A program made the position numbers and the translations under genes. Of a stretch of 64,000 nucleotides of DNA, positions 48,720 to 60,817 are shown piece by piece. This stretch comes from Negaprion brevirostris (lineage: Eukaryota). Location of the stretch: positions 44,020,262 through 44,084,261 of the forward strand of contig JARDVH010000084.1 of NCBI GenBank assembly GCA_030324005.1, written 5' to 3'. Below the pieces are notes generated by a model. The model was not told where the DNA came from, searched no databases, and was given only the letters and a program-made list of their open reading frames with translations. Position 1 is the first letter of the stretch, and each line of letters starts with the position of its first letter.

Positions 48720-49250
48720 TAGAAACATCAGTATAGAAAGAGGTCATTCAGTTCTTCTTGTTTGTGTCAGACATAGCTCCACATTGGTCTCTCATATTCC
48801 TGCCTATCCTTATCCCTCAATACATTCCCTCTTTAAATATTTATATAATCCTGTCTTTGATGCCTTGATTGTCTCAATTTAAAAAGCATGTTTCTTATCA
48901 ACACACCTTAAAGTGAAAAGTTATTTTAATCTCCCGCTTGATGTTTCAGTTCTAATTCTAAATTTATTATCCCTTGTTACTGATTCTCTGCATAGTGGAA
49001 GTAGTGCAGTACTTATCCTAACAAAAGTTGGAATATTTCTGTTGGATCCTCTTAGCCTCTCTGCTCCAGTTAATAAACACAGATTAGTCGCTCATCATAA
49101 TTATATTCTCTCATTCCTGGTATTATCTTAATAAGTCAAGACAACCACTTTTGTATGACGAGCTCAATGGCAACACTGTGAACAGTGCTCCAGCAGTAAT
49201 CTACCCAGTTGTACTAATTCATTATTGCGTCCCTTATTTTCTAGACAATG
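48720..49250 (-). mobile_element. Very old CR1 3' fragment
   Basis: Weak resemblance to CR1 3' ends (gaaagaggtcattcag..., ttatcccttgttactgattctc). Confidence 0.35.
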
Positions 49251-51259
49251 CCCTGATATATTAAACAAAGAAAATAATTTACTACCTTATGGCTTCATCC
49301 ACCTGCACCAAGGTTAATAAATGATTTATTTCAATATTAATGATTACAAGTTGCAATTTATGTAATTACTAAATGGATCACACAGTACAGAGACTGAATT
49401 AGTCACTGTACATGTTAGCAGATAACTTATATAAAAACAATTAATCCCATTGATTGTTGAACTGATGTTCATTCCCATGTAAAACATTTCCTATGGAAAA
49501 TAATTATCAAAGTACAATGGCCTTACATGTTTTAAGAATAATCATGTGTCAAAATCAGGTATCTACTGGCCATAGTGTGGAAATACTGATATTCCTTGTT
49601 CATATTGGGTTTACAAGGCCAATGGAGGCATAAAGGTATTACCTAATGCTTTATTCAACCTCAGTTTTTCTACATTAGCACCATAATCCCATATAAATGA
49701 ATCAGACATTGAACATGACATTAAGTAATCTAATGTTTTAGGAACATCTGTAACTGTCAATGCTTTTATAAGAACATTTTTTATCTAACCTTTTGTGCAG
49801 TAATTTTCAAACAAGACATAATTAGGTCACTTACAGTCCTTTCCTCAAACACAGCATTTTATTTGGAGGGTATTTTAATATTCATTCTACTTATTCTACA
49901 GATTTGCAGTAGGACAAAAGTCAACCAGCTCTGACATAGATCTGCTTTTATTTAAGTTTCGATAATTGGCAAAAATTCCAATTTACCAGAGGGCCTGAGA
50001 TTTTCTTTCCCTGTTACAGACAACTTTGGGAAAGTTTAAAGTCCTGGAAATGAAAGCCATGTACTGAAATGTTTGAAGACTTATTATATCATCGATAACA
50101 CACTCGTTTAACTGCAGTCAGTTTTATCAGTGCCTAGTTGGTCTACCATGTCCGAGCTGCCTATTGCTAGTTTTCTGTTTTGATGATGACAAACAACATC
50201 AAATAGACAGGCAACATTAGTAGCTTACACTCCCATATGCTTTGCTTTTCAGTGAGGCAAGGTGTGGAGAAGAAAAACCACAGGGAATGTCAAAATTCGT
50301 ACTCCTTTCGCATCAGCTGGGTCAAAATGACTTTGTAGAAGGTCAAGAAGCATTTGACTCAACTAATTAGTAAGCAGGGATGGTCTAAGGAAGGAACACA
50401 GGAGAGAAAGTAAAGAGGTTTTACCTCCAGTGTCAATTTTAAAAGAAGAGGGCAGTGTTAAAAGATGTAATAAATTTATCCACAGACACATATTTCCTTT
50501 CCTGTCTAATAGCTGGCGATCGGCTGGAATTTGCTTGTTAAGAATGTCCAGAGTTTTGCTCTGCCAAGTGGCAGAGAGACAGGTATTCCATCAAGAGAGA
50601 ACCCCCAAGGAAAGTCTGCCTCAATTCCTCTGCTGCCCTTCCGACTGGCATTACCGATCTGGACCACATTATTGAGACTAGCTTTTAATTCCAGATTTTA
50701 TTAATTGAATTTAAATTCCACCAGCTGCCATGTCCCCAGAGCATTAGCTTGAGCCGCTGGATCACCAGTAGTGGCATTACAACTGTGACACAGTCTCCTC
50801 TCTTAAGTCCGCATTGAAAATGTTTGCTGGATATTTCCGACAATTGAAAGAGAGGTGATGGATTTCTCCTTGTGCTTTGAGTAGAAAATGATGAGGACAT
50901 GGAAGAGGAGGGAATCGAGGCATTGTGCACACAAGGAATGTCTAACTAACTGATAGGTTATAGCAATAGCATGGTTACAGCAGAGAAGGAGACCATTTAG
51001 CTTATCGAGTCTGTGCCAGCTCCCTACAAGGACATTAAAAGTAGTTCCTGTCCCCCACCTTTACCTCACAGCATTACAATTTGTTTTCCCTTCAGGTGCT
51101 TATCCAATTCCCTTCCGAAAGTCACAATTTATTCTGACTCTATCATCCTTTTAGTCGATGCATACCACATCATGACCACTTACTGCATAAAAGTTTTTCT
51201 TTTTTGGCAATTATTTTAAATTAATGGGTGAGTTGTGCAAAGAGAACCAACAACTCTTC

Positions 51260-52170
51260 CCCACCGGCCCCTCCCCTCCACCCCTTCTTGCATCCATGGG
51301 AGTGGCCTGATAGGCCCTGGGAGTGAGTGCATGTAGATTTTGCCGGGCCTTTTATAGGTTCCATGTTCTGAATTATAGTTGATGTATGCCCCAAATGGAT
51401 GGAGATACATCGAGCTCCAACACTTCCCATGTTACCATTGAGACACTAAGACAAAATCTCTGCATACATGGGATACCTGATGTACTGGTTTCTGACAATT
51501 GGACTGACGTTGCCAGCTCTGAGTTTCAGACCTTCATGCTTTTCAATGAAATCAAACACATTACGACCACACCCTATCATCTATCATCAAAGGGATTGGC
51601 CGAACGAGCGATGCAGATTTGAAGTTTGACATGAAGAAACAAACTGCGGCGTCCATAGAGACCAAACCAATGCATTTTATTATGATTAACTCAATGGCAG
51701 GAATTGCCTTAGCAGATTTGTTAATGGGATGGAGGCTTTGGACAAGATTAAGCCTACTGTTACAAAACCTGGCGGGGAGGGGGGAATCCCAGAAGAAAAG
51801 CTATGATTCTGCGAGCACAGAGAAAAAGTTCAAAACGAGCGACTCAGTCCATGTGAGGAACTTTGGGGTCAGTCTCAGTCAGGTCCCTGGGATCATAATG
51901 GAAAAAACAGAGTCTGTGTCTAATAAGGTGCACGGACAGGACAAAGTTGTCAGACAGCCCCTGGGCTAGCTGAGGAGTAGGAAGCCTGCACCAGTGCAGG
52001 CCTCATTACCAGCCAACAGAGACGATCACTGCCAATGTCGAGCCAGCACTAGGCGTTGACCTCACACCTGTCCAACGGAAGCGAGACCTCCGGAAGAACC
52101 AGTGTTGTCAGAAGCTTTAAGGCACTCTCTTCGGAAGCAAAGTTCTCCAGTCAGATCCAAGCAGTGAGAT
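51260..52170 (+). mobile_element. Decayed Gypsy (Mag/K02A2.6-like) integrase
   Basis: LHPWEWPDRPWE..VHVDFAGPFIGSMF*IIVDVCPKWME. ORF 51386-51622 TIETLRQ..HGIPDVLVSDN..SSEFQTFM..IKHITTTPYHLSSKGLAERAMQ supplies the D,D35E motif. Confidence 0.9.
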
Positions 52171-52186
52171 GTGAGGGAGGAGGGAT

Positions 52187-52420
52187 TTTATGATGGCCAT
52201 GGGGGATTATCAATAGATCTCATAGTAGAGTATGAGTGATTGGTAGCTTGCCCAATTGGGAAGGGACAGCAAGGGCTTTCAAACCAGCTGGCCCCTGGCA
52301 GGCCAGCTGTCAATGGAGTCTGGGGCGTGACATGTATATTGTAGCCACTGAGTGGTATTTATGTATGTTGTAAATAAAGGGTAATAGTGACAGAAGACTG
52401 GCCTCAGCAAGATTATTATA
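52187..52420 (+). repeat. Probable 3' LTR of the Gypsy element
   Basis: Follows the polypurine tract gagggaggaggga (about 52173-52186) and contains aataaa near 52373. Confidence 0.55.
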
Positions 52421-52555
52421 GTGGCCTTAATTTGTGCAGAGTGAGACTTACACCTATCAGGGACAGGAAATCTCACCCTAGAGAGTTGCGGGATTTCAAT
52501 AATGGCCATTACCACCAGTACCCAGGAAGCAATGAAGAAACTCCTTGACTTAAAG

Positions 52556-52735
52556 GTTAAAGTTTATTTATTATTGTCACAAATAGGCTTACATTAACAC
52601 TGCAATGAAATTACTTTGAAAATCCCCTAGTCGCCACACTCCAGTGCCTGTTCGGGTATACTGAGGGAGAATTTAGCATGGCCAGTACACCTAACCAGCA
52701 TGTCTTTGGGATTAAGGGAGGAAACCAGTGTACCC
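52556..52735 (-). mobile_element. V-SINE 3' part, tail type A
   Basis: tgtcacaaataggcttacattaacactgcaatgaaattactttgaaaatcccctagtcgccacactcc...gagaatttagcatggcc. Confidence 0.8.
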
Positions 52736-52996
52736 CACCCTTCCCCCGATGAGGTGTACACTTCCCTACCCAACAGCAGTCCGCACTGTCAAAATTGCCA
52801 GGCGACCCATGTTGCTGCCACCTTCCCCCACAGACTGAAAAATTGCAGCAGAGAGGGAATGAGATCTTTAAGTAACAGTTAGTTGTTCACTTAAGAGCCT
52901 CAGTAGGCTGTGGTGGTGTTAATGGCATCAGTCCATCAGCAATGTGTTAACGCACAAGTGATTTATTTCCTGTTCAATCATGCCTCTTGACTTCCG

Positions 52997-53085
52997 AAAT
53001 AAAAACACAAAATGCTGGGAAGCCTCAACAGTTATGGAGGGAGTAAAGTCAGATTGACATTTCAGATCTGTGATCTTTTGTTAGA
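52997..53085 (-). mobile_element. Very decayed family B PLE repeat
   Basis: aaataaaaacacaaaatgctgggaagcctcaacag...ttgacatttcagatctgtgatcttttgttaga. Confidence 0.4.
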
Positions 53086-55374
53086 ATCTCAGCTGCTGAG
53101 CTCATTAACCTTTTCAGTGCCCTACCAGTCAACCAAAGTCAGACAACTACTTTTGAGTGGCTGGAATCCCACAGGTACAAAGTAGCATCGATGTCACACA
53201 TATGGAGAACAGGCCCCAGCTGAATTGCATCAACAGAAAGTGATTTCATTCATTGATAGTGAGCGATGCAAATCAATGCTTCTACGTGTCTTTGCATTAT
53301 TACTTTGGAAGCAGTCACAAGTCTTTGATTCTCTAGCAATACCAGTTAGCTACACTTCTCAGCCAGAGCATCATATTAGGATGGTTGAAAAGAGATGTGA
53401 GGTGCTCGTTTCTGACAGGGTCGATTACTTTTTCTTTCCATTATCTGCAAGAAGAGGTTTAACAAAGTGCTGTGCTACCTAAACGATAATTGAGCAGACT
53501 GGTATTCTTAGTTGCTTGGTTAGATTCAACAGAGCGGTGAAAGGTTGGAGGAGGTGGGTAGCCACGCTATACAGTCCAGCAAGGTTATCCAGAATTACAG
53601 GCTTGCTACAATCTGCTTAGTTTAGTCATTACAAAGGAATTGGGTCTTTCATCCAGAACAGCTGAAGAAAATGAAAGTGGTCGCAATGATAAAGAGAGAG
53701 AGAGAGATAAAGAAAAGACTAGGGACAGCCTTCAGACAGCAACATGTACCATCAAACTGCTCATCATCAGCAACTTCTTCCACAAGAAAAAGGGTGCTTA
53801 ACATCTCCCATCTTGTTCTCAAATTATATCCAATTATATTACAACGTTGCTGTGTGTTCCACAGAGGGCACCTACTGAGAGATGAAGTTTTATAAATCAG
53901 GAGACCTCCACTGAGTACACTCAAACAGCCAGTCTGCAAAACATTTTTCCAATTACTTCCTTCTCGTGCCTTCATTATGCCCTATTATTACATAGCAATG
54001 TATGTTCCCCTTGCTTCTAAAATTGCTTTTAAATTGCATGATCTTCTTGCTCCTATGTGATGCTACATCACTGTCAGGAGATTGTAAAATTAATGACTGA
54101 GATTGTGCCAAAGTATTTTTAAAAGTTTGAGATGGCATTAACTTCTAGACACTAAGCTCCTTCTGGAAGTGCTTCTGATATCGTGTCACTTGTGGCATCT
54201 AATGCCTATTAGGCCCAAGCCAAATGCTTTATCTTGCACTGATGTTGGAGGGGGCTGCATTGATGCTTTTACATTAACATGGGACATGTAAACACACAAA
54301 TACTGCTGGTACTTTCTGCTGATTAATGGTCTGTGCACAAACAGAGCCAAGAGTTCATTTTAAGTTATGAAAGCTGGCTAGGCTGTCCTCAGGACATCGA
54401 TAGAACACGTTAGTAGTACTCCAGAAGCAACTTTGGACCTTTTCTTGACAGGTGGACACTGTAGTGATCTCCTGGATTATCACACCCATTAGAATGTTTT
54501 TCATTTATGCTTTGTTTCTTTTGTGATCTCACAGATGGTTTCTGTTGATTTATCCACTATTTACAGCACGAGATGACTATTGTTCCCAATCCCGAACACA
54601 TGAGATCAATATTCTGGAATCATAGATACTTTAAGCACCAAATGCCTAAGATTTTAGTCCTTGATTCATTTTCAACAAGTTACAGACCAATTCATAATTT
54701 TATTTTACCAGTCTTTGCAGATCAGTAACTTGATTGTAGTGTTAATGTAACCCTACTTGTGACACTAATAAATAAACTTTAAATGCAAAACTTTATTTTA
54801 TTATCATCATACTCAGAGGTGCAGGCAATGAAGCAACCACTATATTTCTCATTCACTTAAACAGGCTACAAAGTATGATAGGAGACAATGTAATGGTAGG
54901 AGAGAAATTTAAATTGTGAGAACAGGAGGGCCAGTTTTTGATGAGGTTTCCTTATGCAAAATAACTGTCTCATTACATCACTTCTTTAATCTTCTACTGG
55001 ATACTGTGGAGTTGAATCAAACTTCTATTGTTTCATAAAATCTCCACAATGTTGAACAGTCATTCACGGGCTGGTTGCTGTGGCATCAGCTGCTTGAGTC
55101 ACTGTCTTTCAAACAGCCAGAAGCTCCTTTTCTCGTGAGTGTCCTTTACTGAATGTTAAAGAGACTAGAGAAGAAAAATTGGATACTGTCTGTTAGGTGA
55201 TGAGGGGATTGTGATTACCCCGCTCCCAATGGAAGTGATGCTGGACACCTGCTTATCCCCAAGATTGCGACATGCAGTCCAGTGCTAAACATGTTGTTGA
55301 GGGCTGCATCCTCTACAGGCAGCCTCGGTTTGTGCAGGACTTCAGGTGCTGGAAATGGATGGGAGAGACTTTTT

Positions 55375-55590
55375 AATAGAAGAAAGCAGGAGGCCAGATA
55401 TAGGGCTCCAAGGTTCCAAGAGGTAGTGCTGGAAACCTTAGTGAAGGAGATGGATAGGAAGAGGGAGGTCACTTTTCTGCAGGGACCAGCAGGCCCTTTG
55501 GACATACATCACAAAGGCAGTGGAAGAAGGTAACCATAGAAATCAACATCAGGAGTCCGACCTAAGGACCTGGATAAAAACCAGCAAAAC
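55375..55590 (+). pseudogene. Myb/SANT-like DNA-binding domain remnant of a PIF/Harbinger transposon
   Basis: ORF 55282-55533 RYRAPRFQEVVLETLVKEMDRKREVTF, then frameshifted WKKVTIEIN and RTWIK. This follows the MSANTD pattern R.PRF...ELE.L...V....W..VA..VN....RT..QC. Confidence 0.6.
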
Positions 55591-56619
55591 ATCACCAAAA
55601 CATCACCAAACCTTCAACCAGACTCCATCATAGCTCTCGCAACCCCCAAGTTCAGAGAGCTGCAAGGATTCTGTGGAACAATACACTTCGTGAAAATGTT
55701 TACAGATAAAAATACAAAAAGACTTTGTTGTACCATAATGGCTGATACCCAGAGTGGACATTAGGATTTTTCACAGGAGTAGGGTTTCCTGAGTAACCAC
55801 TATAAGTTGGACAACAGATCCAAAGTGACACTGGAGACTTTCATGTCGTTTCTCTTGAGTTTCCACCGATTCTCTGCCAAAGTTACAGTGGATGAACANN
55901 NNNNNNNNCAGGATAAACCCATGGAAATTAATGGCATGAGTATAATAGCAAATAAATCAAAGAAGTAATTAATAAATGACACTATGAAGTCTATCGTTTA
56001 TTATACTATAACCCCAAAGTATTTCATTCAGGGATATTGCTGCTAATCTACTTATATCTATATTAAAAATCTTCCAATTGAAGAATTCCATGTCACCTTT
56101 TCCAAAATTATAATTTCCACATTTATAATGAAAGTGTCTTGATGAATTTCTTAACCTATAAGTACAACTCCCCATTAGTGGAGACGCTGCATCGTTGGGA
56201 GTGCTTTCATTATAAACGTGGGCAATGGAATTTATAATGGAAAAATAGGGACAAACTGTATAACTTTAAAATGAGAAATTTCATCTCTCTGTTCTCATCC
56301 TCTGGTCTCATCTGAAAAAAAGCTTCACATATTTCTGACTCACCATGTTGTGGAAAGCTGACGAGTAATATGTAAAAATCGAGTTATTTTTGGTTGTCGC
56401 ATCTTTGACAACGCACCATGCTCTAACAATGTTTGCTATCCATTCTTCTCACAATCGTGGTGCTCTGGCAAAGTGTCCAGATCTGGCTGGCATTTTTACT
56501 CTGCATTTCACCTGCATTTGGTAAAAGCGTATGTGTAAAGGAACGATTGCTACAATTTTCTGTGTTTTCTAGCCTAGGTAATGTTTTCGCCTGTCAGTCT
56601 GTTTGCCTGTAAATAATAT

Positions 56620-56727
56620 TGCCAGAATTTTACTGCCTCGCCAGCCCGAGGCTCGTAAGATCAGCCTGGGGCCAATGGAGAATGCCATTCTGTAAGCCTC
56701 ACCTGACCCAGTGGTAAAATTCCAGCC
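56620..56727 (+). mobile_element. Short MITE with Harbinger-like TIRs
   Basis: gccagaattttac ... gtaaaattccagcc. Homologous to 9241-9367. Confidence 0.68.
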
Positions 56728-56855
56728 TATATCTCAAAAATTAATGTAGATTTCAGTGAAACTTGGTACAGAGATAGGGTAGGTTATAGCCCAAGGAATA
56801 ATTGATTAATTTTTGATACAGATCAAGATTTGAATCCTGATCCTGAAGTATTTTA

Positions 56856-57290
56856 AAGAACATAAGAACATAAGAACACAAGAAATAGGAGCATGAGTAG
56901 GCCATCCAGCCCCTCGAGCCTGCCCCGCCATTCAACAAGATCATGGCCGATCTGTCGTGGGTCAGTTCCACACTCTCGCCCTCTCCCCATAACCCTTAAT
57001 CCCCTCGCCTATCAAAAACCTATCAACCCTCATATTAAAAATATTTAGCGAGGCAGCCTCCACCACTTCAACGGGCAGAGAATTCCAGAGATTCACCACC
57101 CTTTGAGTGNNNNNNNNNNNNNNNNNNNNNNNNNNNNNNNNNNNNNNNNNNNNNNNNNNNNNNNNNNNNNNNNNNNNNNNNNNNNNNNNNNNNNNNNNNN
57201 NNNNNNNNNCTTCTTAAACAATGGCGTAACATTAGCCATTTTCCAATCTTCCGGCACTTCCCCGGAATCCAGCGACGTTTGGAAAAGGAT
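56856..57290 (-). mobile_element. Young CR1 LINE with gap-collapsed interior
   Basis: (aagaacat)n tail and CpG-rich 3' end. After the gap is the reverse of VPEDWKMANVTPLFKK. Confidence 0.88.
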
Positions 57291-59689
57291 TAGGTAATGT
57301 TGGGAGATTGTCTGAGTTGACTTTTTTTTAGCATATTGTGGGCTGCATTGTTTAGGATGTCGTTGATTGTTTTAAAATGTTGTACATTGTCTCGGCTGCT
57401 GTGGTCTCTGTCTCCACTGTCAAAATGTGAGCAGAGTTTTCAGAGCAAGTTGTTGGATATAGATTGGTTTAGAGCCTCCTTTGAGAGACGGAAGCTTTTA
57501 AGAAAAATATTTATTTTTTCAGCTTTGTATTTACAGAACATGAACCAGAAAGGGAAAAACCTTGAGGAAGAACTACATAATTGTAATAACATTGAGTAAA
57601 CATAGTGTGACAGAGATACTGAGTACCCTCTTTTCTAGTTTCATATGATTTCCACATACAGATCCATTGTCCATTGGTAAAGCTTGCTCTGACAAAAAAA
57701 AATCAACTATTTTGTCACCTTGCTCAGATTCTAACCAATCCTAGGAAAAGCGGAACACCATTGAGCATCATGCCAATGCTATGTTTTCTTGACCACATCT
57801 TGGAGCCTACACCACTGCCTCCCATTACCACCCTCTTAACAACAATCTTCCATCCAACCAATTTATTCAACGCCAGTGTATTTCTTCCTCCGTCCCGCTT
57901 ATAACCTATCTCCCCATTACCACTTCACCTGCAGCCATCGAGGTCAAAGCATTTCTTCTTTGAGGATGTTTTCATTAATTGACAGATAAGTCAATTTTTT
58001 GGTAGGCATTTCACCTGCTGGTGCTTCACAGATCCTGAGCTGGAGTTCCCTGTTGCCTGCCTTCACTACGAAATGGGGAAGCTTATGTTGATCCATTACA
58101 CAGCGTTTCTGAGGATTATAAACAGAGGACGCACTACCACCAACAACTCCAGCAGCAAAATGAGCATCACCAACAGCNNNNNNNNNNNNNNNNNNNNNNN
58201 NNNNNNNNNNNNNNNNNNNNNNNNNNNNNNNNNNNNNNNNNNNNNNNNNNNNNNNNNNNNNNNNNNNNNNNNNNNNNCTGAGGTTCAAGCGGAAGAGCTG
58301 GAGAATGAAGGCAAACAGCACATAAATACAGACATAAGGAGAAAGCAGAATGAGGAACACAGAATTCTTGTGAGGAGAAGACAAATCAATCCCAGGAAGA
58401 TGTCTGTTTTTCTGTTTGGCAGAAAAAGAGAGACAAGCTCTTAGATGTACTGTACAAGCTGGCTAAAAAGATCAAAAACCTGGAAATCTATGTGAATAAC
58501 TCAGAGATGCTGAAGAGCTGGGTGTTTTCCCAGAGGTGACCAAGCCATGAATGATTAATATTGGCTGGTTGGTTGAAAGGAATTCTGAAAAGCTACCAGT
58601 AGGACTATTGCGACCCGAGGGAGAGAGGGTTTGTGGAAGTGTGTCTTGCTGATGAGAATCGCACCTGTGAAACTTGAAGGTGAAAGCTGCTGTCGCATAG
58701 GATTCCTGATCTCTCCCATTTTAATTAAGAACAGCATATTGTGGAACTGTGTAGCTAAATCATGTCATACACACTGAAGGGGTACGCTTGTAGTTGTGTA
58801 AGACTTTTCTTTGTTACATCAACTAATTAAAGTGAAATTTACCTTTTCATTTGAAGTATATTTTGCCTGTTAATTTGTGTTTAATTTTTATTGGTTCTGA
58901 TTCATGTGGATGTTACAAATTGTGAAATCTTGTTGGTAATTTCATTATTTGGGGATCATTTAGTAAATGTGGTTTACAGTTCACTGAAAGAAATCAAAAC
59001 ATTACATTGATGGAAAACATAATTGAAGGGAGCAAGAATATACAACAAATCACCCAAACTAACAGTGTTTATGTACTTATCCTTTTTTTTTGCTCTTCTT
59101 AAATTAATGATGAGCTTCATTAGATATAACAAGGGTGTAAGCAGTGGCATAGATGGGGGGGTGGGGAGCAATGCTCCCCCTGAGCACATTCTTCAAAAGT
59201 GGCACCTTTTCAATGGTGTGTTCCTCACTGGCCACTCAGATCTCTTCCCGAGATCTGAAGTCCTCAATCCGTGTACTGCAATGGTGGGATGCGATACGGA
59301 TGCGGGGACTTGAGGCAGCAAGGAAGGAATGCAATCTCCCGAGAGGGCATGCAATCATGAGGATAATTGCAGAGGCCGCAAAGGACATAAATATGCAGCC
59401 ACCGCAACGAACAGGCAGTTGAGACCAAGCATCCCTCGCTGACGGACATCACCAGCCGAGATTGGGTGAGTAAATAGATTTAGTGATTATCCTAACCTGT
59501 CCATATTGTACCACATTTTTCTGACCTTACCAATAACTAGCACAGTTGTGGGACGATCCTTTAGCCAGCTCAAACACATAAAAGTCCTCCCTTCGTTCTA
59601 CAATGGGCAAGGATAGATTGTCTGGGTTAGCTATGGTCTCCATTGAAAGACAGTTGGCTACTGAGGTAGATTATGGAAGAAATAAAAAA

Positions 59690-60119
59690 TAACTTTGGAA
59701 GAAATAATAGTAAAATGGAATATTATTTGAATGGTGAAAAATTATAACATGCTACTGTGCAGAGGGACCTGGGGGTCCTTGTGCATGAATCGCAAAAACT
59801 TAGTCTGCAGGTGCAGCAGGTGATCAAGAAAGCAAATGGAGTGTTGACCTTTATCGCGAGGGGGATAGAATATAAAAGCAGGGAGGTCTTGCTGCAACTG
59901 TACAGGGCACTGGCAAGGCCGCAACTAGAGTACTGTGTGCAGTTTTGGTCCCCTTATTTGTGAAAGGATATATTAACCTTGGAGGGAGTACAGAGAAGGT
60001 TCACCAGGTTGATACCGGAGATGAGGGGGTTAGCTTATGAGTAGAGATTGAGTAGATTGGGCCTGTACTCGTTGGAGTTTAGAAGGCTGAGGGGGGATCT
60101 TATAGAGACATATAAGATA
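59690..60119 (+). mobile_element. CR1 LINE fragment running into a gap
   Basis: ORF 59757-59963 QRDLGVLVHESQKLSLQVQQVIKKANGVLTFIARGIEYKSREVLLQLYRALARPQLEYCVQFWSPYL. Confidence 0.92.
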
Positions 60120-60549
60120 NNNNNNNNNNNNNNNNNNNNNNNNNNNNNNNNNNNNNNNNNNNNNNNNNNNNNNNNNNNNNNNNNNNNNNNNNNNNNNNNN
60201 NNNNNNNNNNNNNNNNNNNNNNNNNNNNNNNNNNNNNNNNNNNNNNNNNNNNNNNNNNNNNNNNNNNNNNNNNNNNNNNNNNNNNNNNNNNNNNNNNNNN
60301 NNNNNNNNNNNNNNNNNNNNNNNNNNNNNNNNNNNNNNNNNNNNNNNNNNNNNNNNNNNNNNNNNNNNNNNNNNNNNNNNNNNNNNNNNNNNNNNNNNNN
60401 NNNNNNNNNNNNNNNNNNNNNNNNNNNNNNNNNNNNNNNNNNNNNNNNNNNNNNNNNNNNNNNNNNNNNNNNNNNNNNNNNNNNNNNNNNNNNNNNNNNN
60501 NNNNNNNNNNNNNNNNNNNNNNNNNNNNNNNNNNNNNNNNNNNNNNNNN

Positions 60550-60817
60550 ATTTGGCCCATTGATTCTGCTCTGACAACAATCCCACCCAGGTCCTATCCC
60601 CATAACCCCACATATTTATCCTGCTATTCCCTCTGACACCAAGGGGTAATTTGGCATGGCCAATCAACCTAATCTGCATGCCTTTGGAGTGTGGGAGGAA
60701 ACTGGAGAACCCAGAGGAAACCCATGCAGACACAGGGAAAACACACACAGTCACCTGAGGCTGGAGTTGAACCCAGATCCCTGGCACTGTGAGGCAGCAG
60801 TGCTAACCACTGTGCTG
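60550..60817 (-). mobile_element. V-SINE (HE1), tail type B
   Basis: Minus strand gcagcacagtggttagcactgctgcctcacagtgccagggatctgggttcaactcc...gggtttcctctgggttctccagtttcctccca...ggggataggacctgggtgggattgttgtcagagcagaatcaatgggccaaa. Confidence 0.85.

Noticed and set aside
54180-54300. CIDAFTLTW peptide resembling the DIRS methyltransferase-like DAF...W motif
   Set aside because: Too short, with no following FPP motif or other DIRS domains recognisable.
57300-58980. Possible ERV/LTR-like remnants (also about 60-530, 3990-4290, 5270-6200 and 15870-16270)
   Set aside because: The composition is suggestive, but I could not identify diagnostic motifs or boundaries.
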